A DNA stretch of 58,478 nucleotides. Source: a virus (Duplodnaviria; Caudoviricetes). The stretch is taken from the IMG/VR virus record IMGVR_UViG_3300046010_007871, positions 1 through 58,478 of that record; one strand, 5' to 3'. How positions within the stretch are numbered: the first letter of the stretch is position 1; each line of letters starts with the position of its first letter. Under the pieces are notes generated by a model. The model searched no databases and had not been told where the DNA came from. It was given only the letters and a program-made list of their open reading frames with translations. This document shows positions 28,205 through 38,337 of this stretch, one piece after another. Both the position numbers and the translations under genes were made by a program.

Positions 28205-28948
28205 CTACTCCGTTCCGCTAGCCTTGTCGCGCTCGGCTGCGGCCTGCTCGGCTGCGGCCTGCTCGGCTGCGACTTGCGCATCGTCATGAATAGCGGATGC
28301 CTGCCTAGCTGCGACCAGGCGCGTGGCGAGCACCACGACCAGATGCGACAGCGCCTCTCTCTGAAACCTTGCCAGCGCCACCTGGGATGACTCAAGGTCG
28401 CTCTGCGAGATGACCGTGACGAGCACGTCGATCTCCTCAGGCGTGAGCACGCGTACACCACCGGCCTCGCTCGAGCGCACTTCGTTCACGAGCGACAACA
28501 GGCTGGCGATCTGGTCCGCTGTCAGCTTTTCGATGATCCACCGCACGCTCGGAAACGCCGGGTGCATGCCCTCGACGCCTGGGTCGTTGCCTCGCACCGC
28601 CGCGTGCAGGATGGCCGCGGCCTTGGCATCCTGAACGATGTCGTCGTCGCTTTTCAGTTGCTCTCCACCCTCGCCAGTTGCGAGCCGAGCCACGTACTCA
28701 TGCGCGCGTTTGATGGCTATGTCTTGCTCGCCCTTCGTTGGCACCCTCACCCACACCTTGGCTCCAGGCGTGCCCAAGAGCTCGGACACGTCGTACTCGA
28801 CTTTGCGCCGGTTGCCTGCGCGCTCGCGCAACGCCTTCGCGAGCTGGCTCTCGTACTCGCCAGGCGCCACGTCGGGCGAGCTCGCAACGCCTCCGCGTCC
28901 GTTCATCTGCCCGAGTCGCTGTGAGATGTTCCCCTGCTGAAACGTCAT
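28205..28948 (-). CDS. Putative tail assembly chaperone
   Basis: Between tube and tape measure. Confidence 0.5.
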   Translation of the reverse strand: MTFQQGNISQRLGQMNGRGGVASSPDVAPGEYESQLAKALRERAGNRRKVEYDVSELLGTPGAKVWVRVPTKGEQDIAIKRAHEYVARLATGEGGEQLKSDDDIVQDAKAAAILHAAVRGNDPGVEGMHPAFPSVRWIIEKLTADQIASLLSLVNEVRSSEAGGVRVLTPEEIDVLVTVISQSDLESSQVALARFQREALSHLVVVLATRLVAARQASAIHDDAQVAAEQAAAEQAAAERDKASGTE

Positions 28949-28951
28949 GCG

Positions 28952-29515
28952 TTACCCCTTCGTGCTCCATGCTGCGTCGAAGGCCATCCATTGGCCGTCC
29001 GTAAGTTGTCCCAGTGGCATGCCGAAGAACCGATCGGGCTGCGGCATAAAATGCGCCGTCATGGCGAGATGCGAGGCGCTTTCGATGATGCCTCGGCGCA
29101 GAGCGTGATTGCTTGGATGCTGCGCGCCTTCTCGCAGTACGACCTCCCACGCGCGGAGGTCCGAGCGCCCGTAGATCGGCGACATAACCCCAAGCGCCTC
29201 CAGCGTCGCGTTGCTGATGCCTAGCGCGTCCTCGTGAGGCGCAAGGCCGAACTGCTCCACGCTAGCAAACGCTGGCGAACCATCTGCGTTGTGCAGGCAT
29301 CGCACGACTAGCTCGTCGAGCACGACATCTTGCTTGCTCGTCATATCCTCGCCGATTGGCAAAAGCTCCTCCAGCTCGTGCCCTGTCATGGCCTCGACGT
29401 AGAGATCTGGCAGCTCAAGCGCCGCAAACGAAACACGCCACCGAGGGCGCCTCGCAACCGAGCACAGCGTTCGAAACAGCTGAGCCGGGGAGACATCCTT
29501 CGGTGGCGTGCGCAT
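28952..29515 (-). CDS. Putative tail assembly chaperone
   Basis: Follows the tube; FFGMPLGQLTDGQW C-terminus. Confidence 0.5.
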   Translation of the reverse strand: MRTPPKDVSPAQLFRTLCSVARRPRWRVSFAALELPDLYVEAMTGHELEELLPIGEDMTSKQDVVLDELVVRCLHNADGSPAFASVEQFGLAPHEDALGISNATLEALGVMSPIYGRSDLRAWEVVLREGAQHPSNHALRRGIIESASHLAMTAHFMPQPDRFFGMPLGQLTDGQWMAFDAAWSTKG

Positions 29516-29541
29516 GATGCCTGCCTACCAGGTCGCGAGCG

Positions 29542-29910
29542 TCAGGAGAAGGGCGCTGCCTGCACCGTCATGCTCACGTCGAGGCGGCTCGGGTCAGCGG
29601 GCGAGCTCGAAAGCGCGGGGCCGTTGATCATGCCCTGCGCGATCATGGTCTCGCCGCTGTCGGTGCTGACCTTGACCGACACGATCGAGTTTGCGAGGAA
29701 GTAGCCCACGTAATCCACGCGGTCGCCGCTCGAGGGGATGAAGCCCTTGATGCTCACGGTCGCGTTCTTCGGCGGGATGTAGAAGCCCGCAAGGTCTTGC
29801 ACGAGTGTGCTGATGGGCATCGGGTCGCCGTTGTACTTGACGTCGACGCTCTCGGCCTCTCCGTCAAGTTTTCCCTCGATGCTCACGTAGTAGCGCGCGT
29901 AAAATCGCAT
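29542..29910 (-). CDS. Tail tube protein
   Basis: 122 aa beta-rich protein directly after the sheath. Confidence 0.65.
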   Translation of the reverse strand: MRFYARYYVSIEGKLDGEAESVDVKYNGDPMPISTLVQDLAGFYIPPKNATVSIKGFIPSSGDRVDYVGYFLANSIVSVKVSTDSGETMIAQGMINGPALSSSPADPSRLDVSMTVQAAPFS

Positions 29911-29928
29911 GGTCGTTCTCGGCTCCTA

Positions 29929-31488
29929 TCAGTAGGCGGGAGATGCCTCGCGGAGCGTGAACTCCGAGAAGAGGTTGTGCTGTACGGCGTACAGGTTGAA
30001 GCTCGCGGCGAGACCACCGGGCCGACGCTGCACGAGGATGCTGTCGAGCGAGCTCGCGAGCACCGAGGGCGACGGGTCGAGGATGGGCGAGCCGTAGAGC
30101 CCGAACGGCGCAGGGCCAGAGGCGGCGACGAACACGTTGCGGATGAGCGCTCCGAGCGTCTGCGGCGTGTCCACACCGGGCACAGGCTTCGCGCCAGGCA
30201 ACGGATCGTCGGCTACCTTGCCCTGCTTCTGCTCGCGGTAGCGCGTGCTGATGACGTCCCAGATGGTGAACATCACCGAGGTGATGTGACCTTCGCTCGC
30301 GCGATAGTCCTTGGTGCCTTGGTCGTTGAGCGACCTCGAGGTGATGTGGCGCACGAGGTATGCCTGGCCGAGGGCGCGCGCGCCGATGGGGCAAACGCCG
30401 TCCTTGAGCAGCTGCTCGATCTCGGTGGGCGTCCACCAGTCCGACTTGCTGTACGGCACCGGGCAGTCGAACCTGGTGGTGTCGGTGTTGGTGTAGCCAG
30501 CGAGGTTGGCCGCAGGGTCGGCCATCTGCTGCGAGCGCATCACGCCGCAGAGATGCGCAGCGATCATGCCTGGCGTCCAGTCGCTGTTCTTCGATGCGAA
30601 GAAGAACGCGTAAACGCTGTTGGCGTCGCTGTCCGTTGCGACGGTGGAGCTCTGCGCTTGCGTGCCGACCAGGCCGAACACCACCATCTGGCTCTTGCCG
30701 TTGATCGGCAAGGCTTGATCGCGGATCATGGCGATGTGCTCGCCCACGCCGTTGTCGGTCGCGGTCGGAGCCGACGTCGAGAACTTGGGCGAGATCTGGT
30801 AGGTGTACTCGCCGAGCGCCGCGGTCGTGATGGCAGTCGAAAAGTCATCCTCGTTGGTGCCGTTGGTCAGAGCTCCGACGCTCACGGTCGTGGTCACGAT
30901 GGACGTGGGCGCGACGATGTAAGCGCGCACGCGAGCAAGCACGTAGTCCTGTCTCACGCCAAGGTTGGCCGTGGTCAGAGTCACAACGCCGGTCGAGGCG
31001 CTTGCGGTCAGTGGGAGCGAGCCATCGGCGAACGCGTTGATCGCATCGCGGCAGGCTTCGCCGATCTGCGTGGCAGTCTGCGCGTTCGTGATGGGGAACG
31101 TGATGTCCTGTCCCAGGATGGTCACCACGCCCGTCGTCGCAGCCGTCGAGGTGTTGGTGAACGTGATGTCGATCGTCGCCGCCGTGCCGCTGCCGCTCTC
31201 TGGTGGAGCGATGATGTACACGCGCGCCTCTGGATTGATGGCGACGAACTGCCGATACAGCAGGCGCGCCTCGCTCTTGCGCCCGAAGCGCAGCACGCAA
31301 TCCTCGTCGCTCGCGATGGGAGCGCCGATGGTGTTGGTGGTCTCGCTGCCTGCGCTCGTCTTGTTGCCGAAGATGAGCACGGGCCGGTCGCTCGAGACAC
31401 CGGACGAGATACCAGCGCCGAACACGAACTCGCGCACGATGCCGGGCGTGCGTCGAGTGGGGGAGAGTCCAGTAAGTGCCATCGTCAA
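29929..31488 (-). CDS. Tail sheath protein (Mu gpL-like)
   Basis: RTPGIVREF, VLIFG, FGRKSE, DPAANL, EIEQLLKDGVCP, VRHITS. Confidence 0.85.
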   Translation of the reverse strand: MTMALTGLSPTRRTPGIVREFVFGAGISSGVSSDRPVLIFGNKTSAGSETTNTIGAPIASDEDCVLRFGRKSEARLLYRQFVAINPEARVYIIAPPESGSGTAATIDITFTNTSTAATTGVVTILGQDITFPITNAQTATQIGEACRDAINAFADGSLPLTASASTGVVTLTTANLGVRQDYVLARVRAYIVAPTSIVTTTVSVGALTNGTNEDDFSTAITTAALGEYTYQISPKFSTSAPTATDNGVGEHIAMIRDQALPINGKSQMVVFGLVGTQAQSSTVATDSDANSVYAFFFASKNSDWTPGMIAAHLCGVMRSQQMADPAANLAGYTNTDTTRFDCPVPYSKSDWWTPTEIEQLLKDGVCPIGARALGQAYLVRHITSRSLNDQGTKDYRASEGHITSVMFTIWDVISTRYREQKQGKVADDPLPGAKPVPGVDTPQTLGALIRNVFVAASGPAPFGLYGSPILDPSPSVLASSLDSILVQRRPGGLAASFNLYAVQHNLFSEFTLREASPAY

Positions 31489-31841
31489 TCGCTCCTATTG
31501 CGTGAGTCGTTTTTGCGTGTGGAACCAGGCTGCGCCACGGGCGCAAGCTTCGCTTCTGCGAGCGCACGCGTCGGAGCGTCGCACTCGCCGAGCAATCGAA
31601 TCTCCCCGTCAGCTGCTGCGCGTCGGATGCGCAAGTGCTCCGAGCGCTTCACCTCCACGAGCTCGCGCACGACGTCGAACGCCTCAATGGCCTTGCGCGT
31701 GTCTCGCGTGCCTTGCTGGTCAGCTGGGCGCGCTACGAACTTGAGGCCGATGTACCGCGGCGGCTGCCCCTCCGACGCAGCCCCATCGGGATGCGCCACG
31801 AGCGAGCCCTTGATCCCCTCGACATGTACCCAGAGCGGCAT
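31485..31841 (-). CDS. Hypothetical protein upstream of the sheath
   Basis: AGGAGG RBS; HLRIRRAAADGEI. Confidence 0.55.
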   Translation of the reverse strand: MPLWVHVEGIKGSLVAHPDGAASEGQPPRYIGLKFVARPADQQGTRDTRKAIEAFDVVRELVEVKRSEHLRIRRAAADGEIRLLGECDAPTRALAEAKLAPVAQPGSTRKNDSRNRSD

Positions 31842-31851
31842 GCGCTCCCTC

Positions 31852-32361
31852 CTACCAGGTTGAGACGCTGCGGAGCAGCCAGTTGTTGCCGTCGAAACAC
31901 GCGCGCACGTTCGCCGCGCTCGAGACGGGCATCGTGTAGAGCGTGCCGCCACCGACGCCACCGTTTACGACGGCAACCGTGTAGGCGTTCGTGTCTGTGC
32001 GAGTGAGCTCAAGCACGTCGCCCGCGGCGGCGTTCGTGGTGCTCAAGGTGATGGTCCGGTTGCCCGAGAGCGGGCCAACAACGCGTCGCCACGCGCCTTG
32101 CCCCACGGTGATGGTGGGCGACGCGTCGGCGATGTCTGCGCCCTTGTCGTCGTTGCGACAGAGCAGCCAGCGCCCTTCGTAACCGCTCGTGCCAGCGATG
32201 ACCGTGCGACCATCCGCCGTGCTCTGGTCGTTCGGCACCCAACGAAAGAGTTGCGAGCCGCTGTCGAGCGTGTGCCCGAACCGATAGAACGGCACGCCAT
32301 AGACGCCCGCCAACAGCGCGCGCGACTGGTAGACATCCGGCTTGGCATCTTGCGTGGTCAT
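31852..32361 (-). CDS. Virion structural protein (fibre-like fragment)
   Basis: FRW...ADGRTVI...GRW motif and NRTITL repeat. Confidence 0.55.
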   Translation of the reverse strand: MTTQDAKPDVYQSRALLAGVYGVPFYRFGHTLDSGSQLFRWVPNDQSTADGRTVIAGTSGYEGRWLLCRNDDKGADIADASPTITVGQGAWRRVVGPLSGNRTITLSTTNAAAGDVLELTRTDTNAYTVAVVNGGVGGGTLYTMPVSSAANVRACFDGNNWLLRSVSTW

Positions 32362-33128
32362 GGCAGATAGCCCTCTTTCACAAGCACCACGTCGCCTGGG
32401 TCTGCGACCTCGGTATTGGTGTAAATCCCAGCGTCGACGAATGCGTTTTCGTCGGCTGGCAGCGAGAACGTGTCGAGCCCGATGAGCTCCCAGATCGTGA
32501 GCTTGCACAGGAGCCCGAGAAACACGCGCTGCACGCGTCCATCTGCGTCCATGCCTCGCCCGCCTGCGCCGCCTGGAATGGCTGCGAGTAGCTGTGGCTC
32601 GCCACCGCCATACTCGACGCTAAAGTCCTCTAGCTTACCCGTGAGCATGCCGCGGATGTTCTCGCCAGCCGGGTAGCCGTTGAAGGTAAACGTCGGGTGC
32701 GCGAAGCGGTCAAACGCACGCACGAGCACGGCGTCAACGTCTTGCATCAGGCCAGCGCGCATCGTCATCGCGCTCGGCATGTGCATCTCGGCGAAGATGT
32801 AATACAGCGACAACGGACGAACGCGATACGAGTAGACCAGCGTGCGGTCCACCATCGTGCTCGGCCCACTCTGCCACACGAATAACGCAGGCTTGCCGAT
32901 CTCCTCGCGTAGCCACACCTGCTCAGGATTCCACGAGTAGACGTTCGCCGCTGGGCATGCGTCCGCGCTCGTGGGCGTCTGCACTGCTAGGCGCGCGTCG
33001 AGCATGGCCTTTAGCCAGTGCCTCGCATACGCTGCGATGAGGTCAATCGCGAGGTCGCGTGTCGGGTCTGCGATGGTGCCCGCTGCGAGCGGGAGCGAGA
33101 CGCCGCCGACGTTGCTATCGACAGCCAT
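32358..33128 (-). CDS. Putative tail terminator/neck protein
   Basis: Position; PALFVW motif. Confidence 0.45.
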   Translation of the reverse strand: MAVDSNVGGVSLPLAAGTIADPTRDLAIDLIAAYARHWLKAMLDARLAVQTPTSADACPAANVYSWNPEQVWLREEIGKPALFVWQSGPSTMVDRTLVYSYRVRPLSLYYIFAEMHMPSAMTMRAGLMQDVDAVLVRAFDRFAHPTFTFNGYPAGENIRGMLTGKLEDFSVEYGGGEPQLLAAIPGGAGGRGMDADGRVQRVFLGLLCKLTIWELIGLDTFSLPADENAFVDAGIYTNTEVADPGDVVLVKEGYLP

Positions 33129-33538
33129 CAGAAGGGCCTCGTGCGCTCAAGCGTGCGCAGCATGAGGTGCATGCGAAAGGGTCGGCTCGTGTCAATATCC
33201 ACGAGCTCGTAGCGGCGTGTGCCGTTGTTGCCGATGACCAAGAAAAATAGCTCTTGATTGCTCGACATCGTCGGCCTCACGTCGGCGTACGTGTACCCCA
33301 CGCCGAGCATGTTTGGCGTGATGGGTCCGACGTCGACCTCGTCTCCAGATCTCATCTCGCGAGCCTTGGGGATTGGGCTGAACTGCAAGACGTCGTCGGT
33401 ATACGAGCCAAGGTTGACGCCTGGCCCGGTCCACGTGCGCACCACGCGCTGCACGATGTTCGTTCGCACGCCGAGCTGTTCGGGGATAGCTCGGATGCCG
33501 TCGATCTCTGGGATGAGACCATCGCGCAGGGTCGTCAT
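33128..33538 (-). CDS. Putative head closure protein
   Basis: Position after the adaptor. Confidence 0.45.
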   Translation of the reverse strand: MTTLRDGLIPEIDGIRAIPEQLGVRTNIVQRVVRTWTGPGVNLGSYTDDVLQFSPIPKAREMRSGDEVDVGPITPNMLGVGYTYADVRPTMSSNQELFFLVIGNNGTRRYELVDIDTSRPFRMHLMLRTLERTRPF

Positions 33539-34149
33539 CAGTAGATGCTCACAGTGGCGGCGCTATCGCTGACGCGGCGCCAGTAGTTCGGCACGCTGAG
33601 CGCGCTGCACAGCTCGTCGCGGATGCGCATCTGCGCTTCGTAGAGCATGCGAATTCGCGAGCCGCCAGTGGGGTAGCTGTTGCCGTAGAACTCGACCTCG
33701 TCGACCTTCTTGATTCCGGCAGACTGGTAGCCGATGGCGATGGCTGCTTGCACCTGGTCGAGCCGTCGCAGGAGCGACCGCACCATGCCCTCGCCACCGT
33801 CCACCGTGACTGGATAGGTCCCGGTGTGCGGGTTTTGCAGCTGCACCGTAATGGTGCTGCCAGCGATGCTTTGCACCGTTGCTGATTCTTGCCGCGTGTC
33901 TACGTCAATCCACACGCGTTGTCCTGCGGCAAAGCCTGTGGCGCTTGCGAGCGTGAGCGCAACTGGCACGGGCGTGGTCACGTCCACCACCGTGGTCGAG
34001 CTCGTCGTGGTCGCGCCCGCTTGCATGTAGGTTGCAATGACCTGATTGAAGATGGCCACCACGGACACGTATGGCTCAGCGCCTGCATTTAGCACGTTGT
34101 ATCCGCACTCGAAACGCAGTCGCATGATCTCGGATTCTAGGAGTGCCAT
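33538..34149 (-). CDS. Putative head-tail adaptor
   Basis: MALLESEIMRLRFECGY, GIKKVDEVEFY. Confidence 0.5.
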   Translation of the reverse strand: MALLESEIMRLRFECGYNVLNAGAEPYVSVVAIFNQVIATYMQAGATTTSSTTVVDVTTPVPVALTLASATGFAAGQRVWIDVDTRQESATVQSIAGSTITVQLQNPHTGTYPVTVDGGEGMVRSLLRRLDQVQAAIAIGYQSAGIKKVDEVEFYGNSYPTGGSRIRMLYEAQMRIRDELCSALSVPNYWRRVSDSAATVSIY

Positions 34150-34186
34150 GCGTGCCTCGTGGTGGTCATGATGTCGCCGTTACGCC

Positions 34187-34612
34187 TCAGGCGCCGCGGA
34201 CGTACTTGTACTGGATCGAGTAGGTGTCCGTCGCGCCGCCCGTTGCCACGCCGTTCACCACGACGAGACGAGCGAACGACCAGGCGTACACCGCGGAAGG
34301 CGCAGGAAGCACCTCGGTTACAGCCGCGTCAGCGCCAGCCGTACCGGTGGCAAGCGCCACGTTGGCGGGGTTGTTGGCTGCAGCCGAGACGTCGTACCAG
34401 GTCGAGCCGTCCTCGCTCACCTGCCAGTAGGCCGTCAGGGTGAGCGTGTTCGTCTCGGCGTCGACGATGACGAGCCCAGCGAGCGTGCCGTTGACCACGC
34501 CGCCAGCGGGACCCCAGATGCTGACGCTTGCGCCAGGCTTGACGGTGCCAGCGACGTCCGTGTTGAAGTTGCCCGTCGTCGCGGGCGTGAGCGGAATGCG
34601 TTTGCCGTCCAT
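34187..34612 (-). CDS. Putative capsid decoration protein
   Basis: Follows the MCP; WQVSEDGSTWYD. Confidence 0.5.
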   Translation of the reverse strand: MDGKRIPLTPATTGNFNTDVAGTVKPGASVSIWGPAGGVVNGTLAGLVIVDAETNTLTLTAYWQVSEDGSTWYDVSAAANNPANVALATGTAGADAAVTEVLPAPSAVYAWSFARLVVVNGVATGGATDTYSIQYKYVRGA

Positions 34613-34632
34613 GGTCTAGTCCTCCTGTTGGC

Positions 34633-35715
34633 TCAGGCCGAGCGGACCGAGACCACGAAGCGGTTATCGGCGAGTCCGAAGGCGGCGTACATGAGCCACA
34701 CCACCAGCACCTGCTCGCCGTAGTTGTCGTTCGTGTTGGGCATCACGCGCGGCAGGTCGCCGATCGCCGAGAGCAACACGCCAGGCCCGAATGCGTGGCC
34801 GTACTGCACCGGCACGCTCGAGGTGTTAAGCGTCGTCGAGAGCGTCTGGCTTTTGTAGATGCTCAGGCGTCCGATCGACTTGTAGTAGCTCTTGGCGAGC
34901 AACGGGTTGGCCGGGGGCTCGAACACCGCGAGACGCTGCGCCGAGGGGTCCACCATGAGCTGCTGGATCTGGAGCGGCGTGAGCACGCAGATGTACTTGC
35001 CATCGCCGAAGGTGGGGATCTTGGCGTCCTCGAGCGTGCGCTCCACGCGGGTGAGCTGCTCGAAATCGAGCGGGAACGAGTTGGCGGCGAGCGCATCGTT
35101 GGGCGCGCTCATGCCGGTGGGGTACACGGCGGACGAGGCTTGGTCGAGCAGAGCCACGAGCCACGAGTCGATCGACTTGTCGAAGTCGCGCTTGAGGTAG
35201 TGGCCGACGAGCTCGGACACGTTGTGGATCGCGCGGGTCGCATCGAAGCGATCCACGCCGTAGGGCTGCACGCTCGAGGCGCCGTAGGGGCCAGCGTAAC
35301 GCTGGATGGTCAGCGGCACCTGCTCCATGGAGATGTTGAGCGGCGTGGTCGAGATGGTCGCGCCAGCGGCGATGGTGCGGCTCGTGAGGGTGTACGTCGA
35401 GTCGGTGTAGAACGGGCGGTTGATGCGCACCGTGTGGCCGACGCCAGCGCCGAGCTCGGGCACCACCTTGATGGTCTGCGAGCTGACGACGTCGTCGAGT
35501 ACGAGGCGCATCGACTCGATCGGAGGCACAGCCGCGCCGGTCTGGAGCAGCTGACGACCGGGGAGGCCGAGGCCCGCGGGCTGCGGGAGAGCGGCGCCGA
35601 GCGCGCTCTTCCACATCTGGGCGTACATGTACTGAGGCTCGGGCTGGATGAGGAGCATCGCCGACGTGATGTCGAAGAACTCCTCGGGAAGAGACGCGCG
35701 AGAGATGACGGGCAT
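34633..35715 (-). CDS. Major capsid protein
   Basis: 360 aa after the scaffold; GHTVRINR, YICVLTPLQIQQL, DNYGEQ...WLMYAAFG. Confidence 0.8.
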   Translation of the reverse strand: MPVISRASLPEEFFDITSAMLLIQPEPQYMYAQMWKSALGAALPQPAGLGLPGRQLLQTGAAVPPIESMRLVLDDVVSSQTIKVVPELGAGVGHTVRINRPFYTDSTYTLTSRTIAAGATISTTPLNISMEQVPLTIQRYAGPYGASSVQPYGVDRFDATRAIHNVSELVGHYLKRDFDKSIDSWLVALLDQASSAVYPTGMSAPNDALAANSFPLDFEQLTRVERTLEDAKIPTFGDGKYICVLTPLQIQQLMVDPSAQRLAVFEPPANPLLAKSYYKSIGRLSIYKSQTLSTTLNTSSVPVQYGHAFGPGVLLSAIGDLPRVMPNTNDNYGEQVLVVWLMYAAFGLADNRFVVSVRSA

Positions 35716-35761
35716 GGTTCAGTCCTCCACAGCCCGAGCGACAGTGCCGGGCATGATCTGG

Positions 35762-36433
35762 CTACTTCTGCGGATAGATCTCGGTGCGGTACGCCGCGAG
35801 ATAGTGCGCGGCGAACACCGGGTTTTGCGCTCGGAGTCGATCGTACTCCGCGCGATGGTCCACGAGCTGTGCCGCCGTCGTTGACGCTGGCTGGCTCGTG
35901 GCGGCGCTGGTAGACGCAGGGGCGACTCGCGGTGCCGCTGCGGGCGTTGGCGCTGCTGTGGGCGCCGTAGGGGCCGCTGCAGCCGCTGCCGCTGCCGCTG
36001 CTTGCCACGTGGGCCGCAGGGCAGTGATGGCGCGCAGCTGCGAGGCCTTGTCGTCACCGGCGAGCGACGTTACCGCCGCGCGCTGGGCATCGGTGAGCGT
36101 CGAGAGCTCGACATCGGCGCGTTGCGAAAGCACGCCCTCGAGCTGCTCTGCACGCTTGGCTGCGGCCTCGAGAGCGACGGTGCGCTCGGTGAGCCGCTGC
36201 AGTTCGGTCTTGCGCTCGTCCTCCAGCTTGCGTGCCGCCTCGAGCTGGGCCTTGGCCTTGTCGAGGTTTTCCACGCCGAGCATGCGCGCGATGTCGTTCA
36301 TCGCTGCGGCCTTGGCGCGCTCGAGGCGCGCGTTGAGCCACGACGGGTCTGGCTGCTCGGCTGCGACGGGCGCATCGGGCACGACCTTGACGTCGGCGGG
36401 GTTGACGAGTTCTTCCGTGTCGGGCGTTTCCAT
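35762..36433 (-). CDS. Capsid scaffolding protein
   Basis: Coiled coil (KLEDERKTELQR) with an Ala/Pro linker, upstream of the MCP. Confidence 0.7.
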   Translation of the reverse strand: METPDTEELVNPADVKVVPDAPVAAEQPDPSWLNARLERAKAAAMNDIARMLGVENLDKAKAQLEAARKLEDERKTELQRLTERTVALEAAAKRAEQLEGVLSQRADVELSTLTDAQRAAVTSLAGDDKASQLRAITALRPTWQAAAAAAAAAAPTAPTAAPTPAAAPRVAPASTSAATSQPASTTAAQLVDHRAEYDRLRAQNPVFAAHYLAAYRTEIYPQK

Positions 36434-36503
36434 TCGCTATCTCCTGCCGTGATTGCCGCTCACGTGGGCGTTGGTTGTGGAGATGCGACCGAGCCTCCTA
36501 GAA

Positions 36504-36935
36504 TCAGGAGAGCGAGATCGCGACGATGAGCTGGAAGGGCCGATCCTCGACGCCAGAGGCCGCGTTGACCTCGGTGCCGCTGCTGTTGGCCACGTTGAAC
36601 GTGAGGTTTCCGCTCGAGATGACGAAGCTGCCAGCGAAGAACTCGGTCGACCCTTGGAGGCCCGACTGCACCATCATCGCCGCGTTGACGTTGGTGGCCG
36701 CGGGCAGGCCGAGGGTCACGGTCTTGCCGTCGCGGCGAGCCGCCTGGATGAGCTGAGCGAGCGTGCTCGTCGTGCTCACGCCGTTGTTGCTGCCGCCGCC
36801 TCCGAGCTGGCCGTTGTCGCTGGCGGCGGTGTACGCGCCGAGCGTAAACGAGACCAGAGCAGCGCCCTGCGAGCCGCCGGAAACGGGCTCTTGGATGACT
36901 TTGATACCGCGAATCGCACCGTAGATCGTTGCCAT
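36504..36935 (-). CDS. Virion structural protein (hypothetical)
   Basis: AGGAG RBS; Gly/Ser-rich beta protein. Confidence 0.6.
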   Translation of the reverse strand: MATIYGAIRGIKVIQEPVSGGSQGAALVSFTLGAYTAASDNGQLGGGGSNNGVSTTSTLAQLIQAARRDGKTVTLGLPAATNVNAAMMVQSGLQGSTEFFAGSFVISSGNLTFNVANSSGTEVNAASGVEDRPFQLIVAISLS

Positions 36936-36971
36936 GTGTCGTGGCTCCTAGTGAGAGAGTGAACGAGACGA

Positions 36972-37160
36972 CTAGAGACGCCGACGACGGCGCTCGGGGA
37001 CGGGGGCAGGCGCGGGAGCTTCCTCGACGGGCTCAGGCGCGATCGCGACAGGTGCAGGCTTTGGCTCTGCCATCGGCTCCCACGATGCCTCGCCGCACTT
37101 GGGGCACGTCGCCGCGTTGCCGCTTTCGATGTGTTTGCAGATCTTGCAACGCCTCATCAC
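36972..37160 (-). CDS. Small zinc-ribbon protein
   Basis: CKIC...CPKCG. Confidence 0.6.
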   Translation of the reverse strand: MMRRCKICKHIESGNAATCPKCGEASWEPMAEPKPAPVAIAPEPVEEAPAPAPVPERRRRRL

Positions 37161-37510
37161 TTCCGCTCCTGTGCCGCGCGCACCATTCGGCGCAGCATTG
37201 TGCGCTCGCGCTTGAGTTGCGCGAATCGCTGTAGCTCGGTCTCGACCTGCGCCAAGCGAGTGCGCGCCTGTTCGGCCAGATCCATGGCTGAGCTACTAGC
37301 CGATGGATGCGCTACGACCTTCGCAGGCTGACTAGGCGCTTGCGCCGCTGGCTTTGCCTGTGCCTGCTCACCAGGCATCGTGTCGATAGAGCGCTGCGTC
37401 TTGTACGCTTTGCCGCACTTGGTGCAGCAGTCTAGGATCTTGATGGCGCCGCCCTCTTGCACCATCGCCGCCCCTGCGATGGTGTCGAGGTCGCAGTATT
37501 CACAGTGCAT
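37157..37510 (-). CDS. Zinc-binding hypothetical protein
   Basis: CEYC...CTKCG plus a C-terminal coiled coil. Confidence 0.55.
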   Translation of the reverse strand: MHCEYCDLDTIAGAAMVQEGGAIKILDCCTKCGKAYKTQRSIDTMPGEQAQAKPAAQAPSQPAKVVAHPSASSSAMDLAEQARTRLAQVETELQRFAQLKRERTMLRRMVRAAQERK

Positions 37511-37521
37511 GTCGTCCCTCG

Positions 37522-38337
37522 CTAGCGAGTGCCTGCGCCGTACGTAAGGATAACCATGCATCTGCAATACGGGTGGACAGGCGGCTCAAGGTCAAAGTCT
37601 TGATCGGCTGGAATGCGCTGGCCGTCAAGGGCTCGGCACACGGGACACGTTCGCATGTCGAGCTTAGCCACCCACTCACGCATGGCCTCTGGCGCGACCA
37701 CCGAGGCCACAGCTTGTGCGCGTCGCATCTCCGCGTTTGCCTGGTCCCACGTCTCCACCGTGACGATTCGAGTGACGCCGCCTTGAGTAGCGTCGCGAGC
37801 TCGTTCGAGCGCGCCTGCCATGTCTGGCTTTGCCACTGCACCAGGTGGTGGCACTGGTCGGAACGGTGCAATCGGTCGAAACGGTGTGCCAGGTGCTGGC
37901 ATCGGTCGAGATGGTGTAACGACCATCCGAGACGGCTCGACGCGGGTCAACGCCACGCGGCGGAAGCGGTCAGTCACCGATGCAACCGCGCGACGTAGCA
38001 GCGTCTCGGGCCTCGCCGTGGGCACCATGCGCACGCGAGTCAGGATGCCTCCCACAACGGCGCTGGCGAGGCCGATGCCGGTGAGGTTGCGCTGCGCTGC
38101 ATCGATGCCAGCTCTGCTCGAGCTGCGCCGACGAAGTAACAGATAGGCAAGCAAGGCAACCGCTGCGACTTTGGCTGCGCGGTCAATCTTGGCCTTTGCG
38201 GTCTCGGGCGTGTCGCGCCGAGTCACCTCGTACTGTTTGACGATCGCTGCGAGCTCTTGCTCGGCGCCCCGCAGCGTTTCTTCCTCAGCTGCGAGAATCG
38301 GTTGCGCTATTCGCGCTGCCTCGCGATCGGAGATCAT
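37522..38337 (-). CDS. Head morphogenesis protein (SPP1 gp7/Mu gpF-like)
   Basis: WVAKLDMRTCPVCRALDG...PPVHPYCRC. Confidence 0.85.
   Translation of the reverse strand: MISDREAARIAQPILAAEEETLRGAEQELAAIVKQYEVTRRDTPETAKAKIDRAAKVAAVALLAYLLLRRRSSSRAGIDAAQRNLTGIGLASAVVGGILTRVRMVPTARPETLLRRAVASVTDRFRRVALTRVEPSRMVVTPSRPMPAPGTPFRPIAPFRPVPPPGAVAKPDMAGALERARDATQGGVTRIVTVETWDQANAEMRRAQAVASVVAPEAMREWVAKLDMRTCPVCRALDGQRIPADQDFDLEPPVHPYCRCMVILTYGAGTR

Noticed and set aside
28940-28970. Programmed frameshift between tail chaperone genes
   Set aside because: No clear slippery heptamer; the second ORF has its own ATG just after the stop
29797-31863. 688 aa + strand ORF (and similar long antisense ORFs such as 34795-35913 and 38562-39788)
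   Set aside because: These are antisense shadows of the sheath, capsid and portal genes, typical of high-GC codon bias, with no recognisable motifs
35880-36010. Short GCCGCT-type repeats (also the 15 bp repeats at about 28230-28270)
   Set aside because: They simply encode Ala/Pro or AAEQ low-complexity linkers
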